The notes below the pieces were generated by a model. The model ran no database searches, had not been told where the DNA came from, and worked only from the letters and a program-made list of their open reading frames with translations. Both the position numbers and the translations under genes were made by a program. DNA of 59,177 nucleotides, counting the filler. It is 3 parts of 3 records of this genome, joined end to end, with 100 filler letters (N's around TTAATTAATTAA, not from the genome) between each part and the next. Parts side by side here need not be neighbours in the genome. Positions count along the whole stretch, not along the records: positions 1 to 30,656 come from SRR31156797_10030; 2 more parts are not named here. One strand, written 5' to 3'. Positions 1 to 9,521 of the stretch are shown piece after piece (position 1 is the first letter of the stretch; each line of letters opens with the position of its first letter).

Positions 1-108
1 ATGATTTTCTATGTGCGAAAGTTGAGTTATGTAATCTATACTTTTAAAACTCCCATCAGTCTATCTATATATAATCTTTTAATTCATCTTTAAAAAGGGA
101 GATCCTTC

Positions 109-2751
109 ATGAAAAAAGAAGAGTTTAAAAGCCACTTTGAGTTTGGTGGTAAAGTATATGCTTATTATGATCTAAAAAAACTTGAAACTTCAAATCTTGC
201 ACAAATCAATAAACTTCCCTTTTCAATTAGAGTTTTACTTGAAAATCTATTAAGAAACTTTGATGATAAAATAGTTGATTTTGTAGACATCAAAGAGCTT
301 GCTTCTTGGAAAAAATCTTATGAGACACCATATGAGATGGCTTATTATCCAGCACGTGTCATTATGCAAGATTTTACAGGAGTTCCTGCTATTGTAGACC
401 TTGCTTCCATGCGTGATGCAATGTTGGAGCAAAACAAAGATCCTAATCTTATAAATCCATTAGTTCCTGTTGATCTAATTGTTGATCACTCTGTGCAGAT
501 TGATTATTTTGGAAATAGTGATAGCTTAGATAAAAATGTGCAAAAAGAGTATGAAAGAAACTTTGAGCGATATAGTTTTTTAAAATGGGCACAACAAAGC
601 TTTGATAATCTTCAAATCGTACCACCACGTTCAGGTATTTGTCATCAGGTAAATTTAGAATATTTAGGACAAATTGTACAAAGAGATAATAAGAATGGTG
701 AAGATATAGCTTACTGTGATACCCTTGTAGGAACAGACTCCCACACAACAATGATCAATGCTATAGGTGTAATGGGATGGGGCGTTGGTGGAATAGAAGC
801 AGAAGCTGTGATGTTAGGGCAACCTTATTATATGCAAATTCCAGAAGTGATAGGAGTTCGATTAAAAGGAAAGATCCCAGAGGGGATTACAGGAACAGAT
901 GTAGTTCTTGCAATTACAAAAGTATTAAGAGATTATAATGTGGTAGAAAAGTTTGTAGAGATTTTTGGAAGTGGTTTAAAATCTTTAACACTTCCAGATC
1001 GCGCAACTATCTCAAATATGTCTCCAGAGTTTGGATCAACTATGGCATTTTTCCCAGTAGATGATGAGACGCTTAGATATATGAGAGAGACAAATAGGAG
1101 TGAGCAAGCGCAGTTTGTAGAAAACTATACAAAAATGAATATGCTTTTTTACGATGATGGGGATGAACCTGAGTATACAGATGTGATTGAATTTGATCTT
1201 TCCACTATAAAACCATGTGTTGCAGGTCCAAAGAAACCACAACAGCAAATCTATCTAGATCAGCTACACCAAACCGTTAAAAAAGAGGTTCCTACAACCA
1301 ATTCAACAAAAATAACTCTTCAAGATAAAGAGTACACTCTAAAAGATAATGATGTGGTAATTGCAGCTATTACAAGCTGTACAAATACTTCAAATCCTTT
1401 TGTAATGTTAGGGTCTGCCTTAGTAGCAAAAAAAGCTGTAAAGCAAGGACTTAGTATTCAACCATATGTTAAAACTTCTCTAGCACCTGGGTCTAAAGTA
1501 GTGACAGATTATTTAAAAGCTTCAGGTTTAGATGTGTATTTAGATCAGCTTGGGTTTAATGTAACTGCCTATGGATGTACTACTTGTATAGGAAACTCAG
1601 GACCTTTAAAAGAAGAGATCACTAGTGCAATTATAGATAAAAAACTCTCCGTTGCTTCAGTACTCTCAGGAAATAGAAACTTTGAAGCACGAGTACATCC
1701 ATTTGTAAGGCAAAACTATCTTATGTCTCCAATGTTGGTAGTGATCTATGCAATAGCTGGAACTGTAGATATTGACCTTTATAGTGAGCCTATAGGAAAA
1801 AGTAGTGATGGAGAAGATATCTTTATGAAAGATATCTGGCCAAGCAATGATGAGATATGGGAGCTTGTAAATACTTGTGTGAGCAATGAACAGTATAAAC
1901 AAAGATATTCTCAGATCTTAACAGGAGATGAGAATTGGCAAGAACTTCCAGTAGCAAAATCTAATATATATGATTGGCAAGAGGATTCTACCTATATTAG
2001 AAAGCCTCCATTTTTTGAAGAGTTTTCTTTAGATCTTGATCAAAAAGAGGATATAAAAGATGCCAAGATACTAGCACTCTTTGAAGATACTGTAACTACT
2101 GATCATATCTCTCCAGCTGGAGCTATCCCAAAAGAATATCCAGCAGGAGAATATCTATTATCTCATGGGATTAAAGCTGAAGAGTTTAACTCTTATGGTT
2201 CAAGACGAGGAAATCATGAAGTGATGATGAGAGGAACCTTTGCAAATGTTCGAATCACTAATCAATTAGTAGCTCCAAAAGAGGGTGGGTTTACAAAATA
2301 TATGCCACAAAATAGTGAGGATTATATCTATAATGTAGCGATGAAATATATAGATGAACAAATACCAAGTGTGATCTTTGCAGGAAAAGAGTACGGAACT
2401 GGGAGTTCAAGAGATTGGGCTGCAAAAGGTACAACACTCTTAGGGGTAAAAGCAGTGATTAGTGAAAGTTTTGAAAGGATTCATAGAAGTAATCTTGTGG
2501 GTATGGGAGTCTTACCTCTACAATTTATAGATACTAGTTGGAAACAATTAGGACTTGATGGAAGTGAAACTATCACAATTTTGGGATTAGATCAACTAAC
2601 ACCAAGAACCCACCTAAAAGTAGAAGCTAGAAAACTTAATGGTGAGAAAAAAGAGTTTGATGTGCTTTGCAGGCTTGATACTTCCATTGAGCTAGAGTAT
2701 TATAAAAATGGTGGGATATTATCTTATGTTTTAAGAGGTATGGCAAAATAA
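109..2751 (+). CDS. acnA: Aconitate hydratase A
   Basis: 880 aa with the motifs MQDFTGVP, DLIVDHSVQ, GTDSHT, AAITSCTNTSNP, GCTTCIGNSG, TTDHISPAG and GSSRDWAAKG. Confidence 0.97.
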   Translation: MKKEEFKSHFEFGGKVYAYYDLKKLETSNLAQINKLPFSIRVLLENLLRNFDDKIVDFVDIKELASWKKSYETPYEMAYYPARVIMQDFTGVPAIVDLASMRDAMLEQNKDPNLINPLVPVDLIVDHSVQIDYFGNSDSLDKNVQKEYERNFERYSFLKWAQQSFDNLQIVPPRSGICHQVNLEYLGQIVQRDNKNGEDIAYCDTLVGTDSHTTMINAIGVMGWGVGGIEAEAVMLGQPYYMQIPEVIGVRLKGKIPEGITGTDVVLAITKVLRDYNVVEKFVEIFGSGLKSLTLPDRATISNMSPEFGSTMAFFPVDDETLRYMRETNRSEQAQFVENYTKMNMLFYDDGDEPEYTDVIEFDLSTIKPCVAGPKKPQQQIYLDQLHQTVKKEVPTTNSTKITLQDKEYTLKDNDVVIAAITSCTNTSNPFVMLGSALVAKKAVKQGLSIQPYVKTSLAPGSKVVTDYLKASGLDVYLDQLGFNVTAYGCTTCIGNSGPLKEEITSAIIDKKLSVASVLSGNRNFEARVHPFVRQNYLMSPMLVVIYAIAGTVDIDLYSEPIGKSSDGEDIFMKDIWPSNDEIWELVNTCVSNEQYKQRYSQILTGDENWQELPVAKSNIYDWQEDSTYIRKPPFFEEFSLDLDQKEDIKDAKILALFEDTVTTDHISPAGAIPKEYPAGEYLLSHGIKAEEFNSYGSRRGNHEVMMRGTFANVRITNQLVAPKEGGFTKYMPQNSEDYIYNVAMKYIDEQIPSVIFAGKEYGTGSSRDWAAKGTTLLGVKAVISESFERIHRSNLVGMGVLPLQFIDTSWKQLGLDGSETITILGLDQLTPRTHLKVEARKLNGEKKEFDVLCRLDTSIELEYYKNGGILSYVLRGMAK

Positions 2752-2775
2752 AGAGATAAATTTTATCTCTTTTAC
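2750..2775 (+). terminator. Intrinsic terminator-like hairpin after acnA
   Basis: Inverted repeat AAAGAGATAAA-T-TTTATCTCTTT directly after the stop codon. Confidence 0.6.
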
Positions 2776-2790
2776 TATTTTATATAAATT

Positions 2791-2814
2791 CATTATATAT
2801 TAATATATACAACG
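2791..2814. promoter_or_regulatory. ModE box 1 upstream of modE
   Basis: CATTATATA-N6-TATACAACG, matching the ModE consensus CGTTATATA-N6-TATATAACG. Confidence 0.8.
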
Positions 2815-2858
2815 GTATACTTCTTGAATAGCGTATTTGATAGCGTTTTTATAAAATA

Positions 2859-2882
2859 CGTTATATATTTAATTATATAAGG
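2859..2882. promoter_or_regulatory. ModE box 2 overlapping the modE RBS
   Basis: CGTTATATA-TTTAAT-TATATAAGG. Confidence 0.85.
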
Positions 2883-2888
2883 AAACTT

Positions 2889-3671
2889 GTGGAATTTTTA
2901 TCATCTTTAACAATTTTTGACTCTGACACCCCTTTTTTATTGGAAAAAAGAATCAACCTTTTAAAAGCAATTGATCAAGTAGGCTCAATCAGTGGAGCTG
3001 CAAAACAAGTTCCCATGAGCTATAAAGCTGCATGGGACGCTATCGATGCTATAAATAACTTATGTCCAACACCAGTTGTTAGCAAAGAAACTGGTGGTAA
3101 AGGTGGAGGTGGAGCAAAAGTTACCCCTTACGGTAAAAACTTAATAGAAACATATTCGACGCTTAAAATTGAACATGAAAAGTTTTTATCGCAATTAACA
3201 AAGATGACAGATTTTAACACAGGTGCCCTTAAATCAATAGGGAGAGTTGCCATGCAAATAAGTGCAAGGAATAAGGTACAAGGGATTGTTGAGTATATAG
3301 AACAAGGGAAAGTAAATGCTTCAGTATTTATCAAACTAAAAAGTGGATATACCCTTGTCTCTGTGATCACAAACGAAGCAGTAGAGGATCTCAATCTTCA
3401 AGCAAAAGATGATGTGATAGCATTTTTTAAATCAAGTTCTGTTCTTATCACGACTGATCTCACACTGAATATTAGTGCTAGAAATAAGTTTCAAGGGAAA
3501 GTTGAAAAAATACATGTAGGTGAAGTCAATGCGGAAGTGATCGTAGATATTGGTGGTGGAGATAAGATCGCTTCAGTAATTACTGCAAACTCTATAGAAT
3601 CTCTTGGATTAAAAGAGGACTTAGAAGTAAGTGCTATTATCAAAGCAACAGATATTATGATAGGGAAATAA
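2889..3671 (+). CDS. modE: Molybdate-responsive regulator ModE
   Basis: N-terminal wHTH (GSISGAAKQVPMSYKAAWDAI, GGKGGGGA) and two TOBE/Mop domains (ISARNK twice). Confidence 0.93.
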   Translation: MEFLSSLTIFDSDTPFLLEKRINLLKAIDQVGSISGAAKQVPMSYKAAWDAIDAINNLCPTPVVSKETGGKGGGGAKVTPYGKNLIETYSTLKIEHEKFLSQLTKMTDFNTGALKSIGRVAMQISARNKVQGIVEYIEQGKVNASVFIKLKSGYTLVSVITNEAVEDLNLQAKDDVIAFFKSSSVLITTDLTLNISARNKFQGKVEKIHVGEVNAEVIVDIGGGDKIASVITANSIESLGLKEDLEVSAIIKATDIMIGK

Positions 3672-3680
3672 GGGAAGAAA

Positions 3681-4430
3681 ATGATAAAAAAACTTGTGTT
3701 AGGATTGATGTTTGTAGGACTTAGTTTACAAGCAGGAAGTATAAATATTGCAGTAGCTGCAAATGTAAGTTATGCAATGCCTGAGCTTAAAAAAGAGTTT
3801 AAAAAACTTTTCCCAGCTATTACAGTGCATGAAACACTTACAAGTAGTGGAAAACTTACAGCTCAGATCAAACATGGAGCACCATATGATCTTTTTATGT
3901 CAGCAAATATGAAGTATCCAAATGCTTTATATAGTGAAAAAATAGCAGTGACAAAACCTATTGTGTATGCTCAAGGTTCACTAGCATATTTAAGTAGCAA
4001 AAAACAAGACTATAAAAAAGGTATAGAGCTGACAAAATCAGCAAATATCGATAAGATAGCCATTGCAAATCCAAAAACTGCACCCTATGGAAAAGCAGCA
4101 GTTGAAGCGATGAAAAATGCAGGAGTGTATGATGCTATAGAGAAAAAACTAGTCTATGCAGAATCTATCTCTCAAACAGTTTCATATGCTCTTACAGCAA
4201 CTGATCTTGGGTTTATCGCTAAATCAACACTTTATAGTAATAAGATGAAAGAGTATAAAAAAGGGACACATTGGGAAGATGTAGATCCAAAACTTTATAC
4301 TCCAATTAATCAAGGAATAGTACTTCTTAGAAAAGCAGAGTCTAATGATGAAGCAAAAGCATTTTATGAGTTTATGTTAAGTGATCGTGCTAAAGAGATA
4401 TTTAAAGCGTATGGATATTTAGTACCATGA
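3681..4430 (+). CDS. modA: Molybdate ABC transporter substrate-binding protein
   Basis: Signal peptide; motifs AVAAN, SSGKL, GAPYDLFMSAN and IAIANPKTAPYG. Confidence 0.93.
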   Translation: MIKKLVLGLMFVGLSLQAGSINIAVAANVSYAMPELKKEFKKLFPAITVHETLTSSGKLTAQIKHGAPYDLFMSANMKYPNALYSEKIAVTKPIVYAQGSLAYLSSKKQDYKKGIELTKSANIDKIAIANPKTAPYGKAAVEAMKNAGVYDAIEKKLVYAESISQTVSYALTATDLGFIAKSTLYSNKMKEYKKGTHWEDVDPKLYTPINQGIVLLRKAESNDEAKAFYEFMLSDRAKEIFKAYGYLVP

Positions 4431-4822
4431 TAAAAGCAACAGTAAAAGAGATCAAAAACTCTGATAGTTTGCATATTGTTAAGTTTGACTTTTATGGTCA
4501 AACTTTAACAATGATGAGTTTAGAACTCGGAATTGAGATTCAAGTAGGTGTAGAGGTTTTATTACAAGCTAAACCTTCTCATGTATCTATAGGAAAAGAT
4601 ACCAAAGGGATGCTTGTCAGTTTTAGTAATAATCTGGAATCTAAAATAGTATCAATTTCAAAAGGATCACTTCTAGCAACTGTAAAAGTAGAGCTTGCAA
4701 GTGATACTATTTTAGAATCTTTAGTTACCGTTGAGACCTTAGAGCGAATGGATCTTAAAAAAGATGATAATGTAATAACATATATTAAAGCAAGTGAACT
4801 TTCAATCGTAAAGGTTTTATGA
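4427..4822 (+). CDS. TOBE/Mop domain molybdate-binding protein
   Basis: Two TOBE-like repeats (SFSNNLESKI...IKASE); lies between modA and modB with overlapping start/stop codons. Confidence 0.8.
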   Translation: MIKATVKEIKNSDSLHIVKFDFYGQTLTMMSLELGIEIQVGVEVLLQAKPSHVSIGKDTKGMLVSFSNNLESKIVSISKGSLLATVKVELASDTILESLVTVETLERMDLKKDDNVITYIKASELSIVKVL

Positions 4823-5511
4823 TGTATGAGATATTGACAAACTTAGATTTTGAACCATTTTGGATATCTTTTAAACTAGCAGGTATCACTACCTTGATCC
4901 TTTTTCTTATCTGTGCACCACTTGCATGGTGGCTAAGTCAAACAAGATCAAAAGCTAAGCCTATAGTTGAAGCAATTACTGCTTTACCAATAGTTTTACC
5001 ACCCTCAGTAATAGGATTTTATATCCTTATAGCACTCTCACATAACTCTCCAATAGGTCAGTTTTATGAAGAGATATTTGATGCAAAACTTGTTTTTACT
5101 TTTACTGGAGTTGTAGTAGCAAGCTGTTTTTACTCACTACCATTTATGGTACAACCACTTCAAAGTGGCTTTGAAGCGATCAATAAAAATATGCTAGAAG
5201 CAAGCCTAGTAGCTGGAAAGTCTAAATTTGAAACGATCCTAAAAGTAGCGATCCCAAATATAAAACCAGCACTTATGACAGCGATCATCGTAACCTTTGC
5301 TCACACAGTTGGTGAGTTTGGAGTAGTTTTAATGGTAGGGGGAAGTATCCCTGGAGATACAAAAGTAGCATCTGTGGCTATCTATGAGTTTGTAGAGATT
5401 ATGGACTATCAAGCAGCACATGTGTATAGTGCTATTATGGTAATTATTAGTTTTATAGTGCTTTTAAGTGTGTATATATTTAATGGGAAGATGAAGAAAG
5501 TAGGGATATAG
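4819..5511 (+). CDS. modB: Molybdate ABC transporter permease
   Basis: Motifs LPIVLPPSVIGFY, FAHTVGEFG and GGSIPG. Confidence 0.95.
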   Translation: MMYEILTNLDFEPFWISFKLAGITTLILFLICAPLAWWLSQTRSKAKPIVEAITALPIVLPPSVIGFYILIALSHNSPIGQFYEEIFDAKLVFTFTGVVVASCFYSLPFMVQPLQSGFEAINKNMLEASLVAGKSKFETILKVAIPNIKPALMTAIIVTFAHTVGEFGVVLMVGGSIPGDTKVASVAIYEFVEIMDYQAAHVYSAIMVIISFIVLLSVYIFNGKMKKVGI

Positions 5512-5570
5512 TTTAGTAGATTAACTAAATATAAAGTTTAGTTAAGTTATAGTTTAGTTAAATAGCTAAA
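5512..5570. promoter_or_regulatory. Repeated palindromic operator upstream of the AAA-ATPase gene
   Basis: TTTAGT-N6-ACTAAA (5512-5529) and TTTAGTTA-AA-TAGCTAAA (5553-5570), with a further TTTAGTTA half-site between them. Confidence 0.5.
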
Positions 5571-5589
5571 TATATGATAGAGGATAAAG

Positions 5590-6675
5590 ATGAAATTAAA
5601 TGCAGGAGGATTAAGCTCTTTAGTAATAGGTCGAGAACAAGAGATACAAACTCTTAAAGCATATATTGGCTTTTCTCAACATACCGTTATCACGGCTCCA
5701 AGACGTTATGGAAAAACAACACTTGCAAATAAAGTCTTAGATGAACTAAAAGATGAGTACCTAATAGTAAAGCTCGATATCTTTGAAGCCACAAGTGTCG
5801 AAGAGGTTTGTGATATCTATCTCAATGCAATTTATAGATCAGTAGGGATCACAAATTTTTTATACAATGCAAAAGAGTCTATCTTCAAGCTACTTGAAAA
5901 GTTCACACTGTCTTATGAAACTGAGGGGATAAAGATAGGATATGAGATCAGTAAAGAGAGTGATCTCAATAAAAAGATAGAAAAGACCTTTCAATTTGCC
6001 AATACCTTTGCAAAACTTATGTCTAAAAAAATGATCGTATTTATAGATGAGTTTGGAGATATAGAAAAGTTTGGAAAAGATTTTATAAAAAAACTAAGAT
6101 CGTATATGCAAACCCATGAAAATATAGTCTATATCTTTGCAGGATCACAAACCTCAGTGATCAATGATATCTTTTTAAATAAAGAAAATGCCTTTTTTAA
6201 TTTTGCAAGTTTGATGAATATAGATGTTTTAGAGTATGAATCAACAAATCAGTTTTTAAAAGAGCTGAAAATCGAAGAGAAATGTTTAAGTGAAAAAGCT
6301 ATAGAGAAGCTTTATAAGCTCACAAAGTTTCATCCATTTTATTTAGTAAAAACTATACAAGAATCTTATATAAAAGCACTTTTTGGCGATAGTGATATGA
6401 TCAAAGAGGAGCATATAACTCAAGCCATAGATAAGATACTAGATGATAATAACGCCTATTTTGAATCAATATGGCAAAGAATTAATCATAAAAAATATAA
6501 AGGAGCTATCTTTAAAGCATATTGTATGGGAGATGAAGAGATAAAAAAACTTCAAATGAATAGCTCTTATAAGTCTCAGCTTACTAAGGAGTTAAGATCT
6601 GAGAGTCTTTTATCTAGTGAGAATGTTGCTACTGATCCTTTTCTTTGTTTGTGGTTAGGGAAGGATAATATATGA
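5590..6675 (+). CDS. AAA+ ATPase, archaeal-ATPase-like
   Basis: IGREQE, Walker A APRRYGKT, Walker B VFIDEF, YIFAGS. Confidence 0.85.
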   Translation: MKLNAGGLSSLVIGREQEIQTLKAYIGFSQHTVITAPRRYGKTTLANKVLDELKDEYLIVKLDIFEATSVEEVCDIYLNAIYRSVGITNFLYNAKESIFKLLEKFTLSYETEGIKIGYEISKESDLNKKIEKTFQFANTFAKLMSKKMIVFIDEFGDIEKFGKDFIKKLRSYMQTHENIVYIFAGSQTSVINDIFLNKENAFFNFASLMNIDVLEYESTNQFLKELKIEEKCLSEKAIEKLYKLTKFHPFYLVKTIQESYIKALFGDSDMIKEEHITQAIDKILDDNNAYFESIWQRINHKKYKGAIFKAYCMGDEEIKKLQMNSSYKSQLTKELRSESLLSSENVATDPFLCLWLGKDNI

Positions 6676-6812
6676 GAAAGAAGTTTGAAAAGTATAATAA
6701 GCGCAAAAAGAAAAAGCATTTTAAAAAAGTAGCATTAAGAATCAAAGAACATTCTTTAAAAATTGCCAAAGAGTTAGAAGGTACTCTAGCTGATGGTTTA
6801 GAAGACAAATAA
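6672..6812 (+). CDS. 46-aa basic small protein, possibly an antitoxin-like remnant
   Basis: ATGA overlap with the ATPase stop; MRKKFEKYNKRKKKKHFKKVALRIKEHSLKIAKELEGTLADGLEDK; the TLADGL tail resembles the C-termini of some MazF-partner antitoxins. Confidence 0.4.
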   Translation: MRKKFEKYNKRKKKKHFKKVALRIKEHSLKIAKELEGTLADGLEDK

Positions 6813-6946
6813 GAATGTACAAGGAAAACTAACTTCTAATGGATAAAGTGCTAAAAATATCTATGTAGTTGAGGGATATAATTTAAGAGGTTATAAAAAG
6901 TTGATGAGAAAATAGTTGGATGTAATTATTTTGGAAGGGCAAGCTA

Positions 6947-7651
6947 ATGAATGAAAATGATGTATATATACAAATTGATTTTGATCATGACTATGAAATG
7001 AAAGAACTTTTGGAAAATATTATGTTGAATTTTAAAGAGGAGTCTTTGAGGTTTTTTGACCTTTGGGGATTTTTCCCTTTTACATATAGGGAGAAACAAG
7101 TACTATCCGCTCTTGCACCAGCAATTCATAAATATACTCACAATATTTGGCTTGAACAACCTTTTAAAACTCAAAAAGGTGAGATACAAAGGTTTTTAGA
7201 TATAGCCACTCTCTATAATGATAATATTTATCTAATAGAATTGAAACACTCTTGGAATAGCAAAAGTCAGAGTGTAGCTCAGTTTGCAGAGGTTGAATGG
7301 GAAACATCTATAAAGCAAATAGAGGATTTAAAGATTTCCCATGTACGCGAGTTTGTCAATATTAAAGATTTTAATGTATATAAAATAGCTTTGATGGTGA
7401 TGCCAACTTATTTAAAAAATAATTTTGACAATCCTATTTATAATATGACTGCAAAAGATTATTCTAAAGTTATATTTGATGATTTTATGTCATATAAAAG
7501 TAAAGAGTTTCGAGCAAATTATGTATGTACTTGGAAAATACAAAATTCAAAAGAATATGAACATGAATATCAAGATAGCAATCAAATATTTCCTTTCGTA
7601 AGTTTTGTAGTGAAAATTAAACATATTAAACTTCTTTGCAAGAACAAATGA
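6947..7651 (+). CDS. Hypothetical protein, putative PD-(D/E)XK nuclease fold
   Basis: WLEQPF...RFLDIATLYNDNIYLIELKH gives an E...D...ExK arrangement. Confidence 0.55.
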   Translation: MNENDVYIQIDFDHDYEMKELLENIMLNFKEESLRFFDLWGFFPFTYREKQVLSALAPAIHKYTHNIWLEQPFKTQKGEIQRFLDIATLYNDNIYLIELKHSWNSKSQSVAQFAEVEWETSIKQIEDLKISHVREFVNIKDFNVYKIALMVMPTYLKNNFDNPIYNMTAKDYSKVIFDDFMSYKSKEFRANYVCTWKIQNSKEYEHEYQDSNQIFPFVSFVVKIKHIKLLCKNK

Positions 7652-7826
7652 GTATTCCAAATTAAGAAACAATTTTTGTTACTAAAAAATTTGAAATAAT
7701 ACAGAAGGTTTATTATCTCAACTTAGAGTATACTCATTAAAAAGAATCAAAAGCAAAATGGGAAAAATATTAGTTGATGATTTTGGAAACTTAAAAATAA
7801 AATTAAAGGATTTAGCTAAATTATAA
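7632..7826 (+). pseudogene. Decayed 3' half of a PemK/MazF-family toxin gene
   Basis: One frame reads FFARTNEYSKLRNNFCY*KI*NNTEGLLSQLRVYSLKRIKSKMGKILVDDFGNLKIKLKDLAKL*; LLSQLR..S.KR...K.GK.....F..LK..L is the MazF/PemK C-terminal pattern; two in-frame stops. Confidence 0.65.
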
Positions 7827-7872
7827 ATACGCCCCACAAAAGTTGGGGCTTCCTGCAAGCAGGTTGGGTTGA
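7827..7872 (-). ncRNA. Candidate small RNA convergent on the pemK-like remnant
   Basis: GC-rich twin hairpins GCCCCA-N7-TGGGGC and CCTGC-AA-GCAGG in AT-rich DNA, just downstream of a minus-strand consensus promoter. Confidence 0.5.
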
Positions 7873-7877
7873 TAAAA

Positions 7878-7906
7878 ATTATAATATAAATTACAATAGA
7901 AGTCAA
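7878..7906 (-). promoter_or_regulatory. sigma70 promoter on the minus strand
   Basis: TTGACT-N17-TATAAT on the reverse strand. Confidence 0.7.
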
Positions 7907-7919
7907 GGAAGAAAATAGC

Positions 7920-8771
7920 ATGATAAAAATAGATATAAATAAAAAACTACACGGCGCAGATGGTGAGATGGACTTAAAAGTTGATCTTAATATAAACGAA
8001 GGGGATTTTATAGCATTAGCTGGACAAAGTGGAAGTGGAAAGACGACGCTTCTTCGAATCCTTGCAGGGCTTGAAGAGTCAAATGGGATTGTTAAAGTTG
8101 GAGATGAAATTTGGCAAGATGAGAAAAGTTTTTTAAAGCCTCAAAAAAGAGGTATTGGGTTTGTATTTCAAGACTATGCACTTTTTCCAAATATGAGTGT
8201 AGAAGAGAATCTTTTATATGTACAAAAAGATAAAGAGTTGTGTGATCATCTTTTAGAGATCACTGGACTAGGGGAGCTTCGAAAAAGATTGCCAAATACT
8301 TTAAGTGGTGGGCAAAAACAGCGGGTGAGTTTATGTCGTGCTTTGATGAATCGACCAAAGCTTTTACTTATGGATGAGCCACTCTCTGCTCTTGATCCAG
8401 CACTTCGTACAAAGCTTCAAAATGAGATATTGATGTTACACAAAGAGTTTGGGACTACTACGATTATGGTGAGTCATGATCCTAGTGAGATATATCGGCT
8501 GAGTAATAGGGTGGTACTTTTACATCTTGGAGCGATAAAAAAAGATGGAACTCCTAAAGAAGTACTTTTACAAACAAGCGGATCTCAAAAATTTTCTTTT
8601 GAAGGGGAGCTTTTAGATATTATAAAAGTAGATGTTATCCATATAGCAATCGTATCTATTGGTCAGCAGTTAGTGGAGATAGTGGTGAGTGAAGAGGAGA
8701 AAGAGTCTCTTGAGATAGGGCAGATTGTAAGGGTAGGTACAAAGGCTTTTAGTCCAAATATCCAAGGTTAA
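7920..8771 (+). CDS. modC: Molybdate ABC transporter ATP-binding protein
   Basis: GQSGSGKT, LSGGQKQR, LLMDEP, WQD...LKPQKRGIG and a C-terminal TOBE-like region. Confidence 0.9.
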   Translation: MIKIDINKKLHGADGEMDLKVDLNINEGDFIALAGQSGSGKTTLLRILAGLEESNGIVKVGDEIWQDEKSFLKPQKRGIGFVFQDYALFPNMSVEENLLYVQKDKELCDHLLEITGLGELRKRLPNTLSGGQKQRVSLCRALMNRPKLLLMDEPLSALDPALRTKLQNEILMLHKEFGTTTIMVSHDPSEIYRLSNRVVLLHLGAIKKDGTPKEVLLQTSGSQKFSFEGELLDIIKVDVIHIAIVSIGQQLVEIVVSEEEKESLEIGQIVRVGTKAFSPNIQG

Positions 8772-9138
8772 ATAATACAGATGGTAAGAAGATTATTATA
8801 GCTATCCCTATGCTTAAAAGGTTCCCTTTGAAGATATTAAAATCTTCAAAAACTTTCTCCCACGATAGTTTAAAAAGAACTTTTCCAACAAATATATCGT
8901 AACAGAGCATCAAAAATCCCCACAAGATACCTACAAAAAATGCCTCAAATATATTGTGTAGATTGAGCCAAGGGAGCAAGAGTAAATTTAATAAGACAAT
9001 AACAAATGAGCCAATCACAAAAGAGATCAACTGTGCATACTTTTTTGAAAACTTATATAAAATATTGATCCTAAAAACTCCATTAAGGGTTTCAACTAAA
9101 GCAATAAGGATAAATCCTAACAATATTTTTATCAGCAT
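8749..9138 (-). CDS. Hypothetical 4-TM membrane protein
   Basis: 129 aa, hydrophobic, in a same-strand run with its neighbours. Confidence 0.65.
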   Translation of the reverse strand: MLIKILLGFILIALVETLNGVFRINILYKFSKKYAQLISFVIGSFVIVLLNLLLLPWLNLHNIFEAFFVGILWGFLMLCYDIFVGKVLFKLSWEKVFEDFNIFKGNLLSIGIAIIIFLPSVLFNLGYLD

Positions 9139-9521
9139 ATGTTTAAAATGACTCTTTTTTCATACTCTTGTAACAGATAATATCCTATAAAATATAAGCT
9201 TATAAATAAACCTAAAAATAGCAGATTGGTTAAAAATTGCATTAGTTCTAGGGTGTAGTTATTGAGAATATTGGCTACTATCATTGGTATAGTAGTAAGA
9301 AGAAGTAACTCTTTTCTTTTAATAGGCTCAAAGATAAACCAAACAAAAAGCACTATCCAAGATATCTCAAGAGCAATGGCAGAGATCAAGATCTTTTGGG
9401 AATTATTTTCAATATCAATTTTTAAAAATTCACTAAAAAGTTCATAGGTATAAAAAATATTAATAGCAATAGTTAGCAAAGCTAAAAAATAGATATAGCC
9501 AAAAAGGTATTTATTTTTCAT
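9132..9521 (-). CDS. Hypothetical membrane protein
   Basis: Hydrophobic ORF; likely start MKNKY at 9521, overlapping the CPBP gene end. Confidence 0.6.
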   Translation of the reverse strand: MKNKYLFGYIYFLALLTIAINIFYTYELFSEFLKIDIENNSQKILISAIALEISWIVLFVWFIFEPIKRKELLLLTTIPMIVANILNNYTLELMQFLTNLLFLGLFISLYFIGYYLLQEYEKRVILNIC

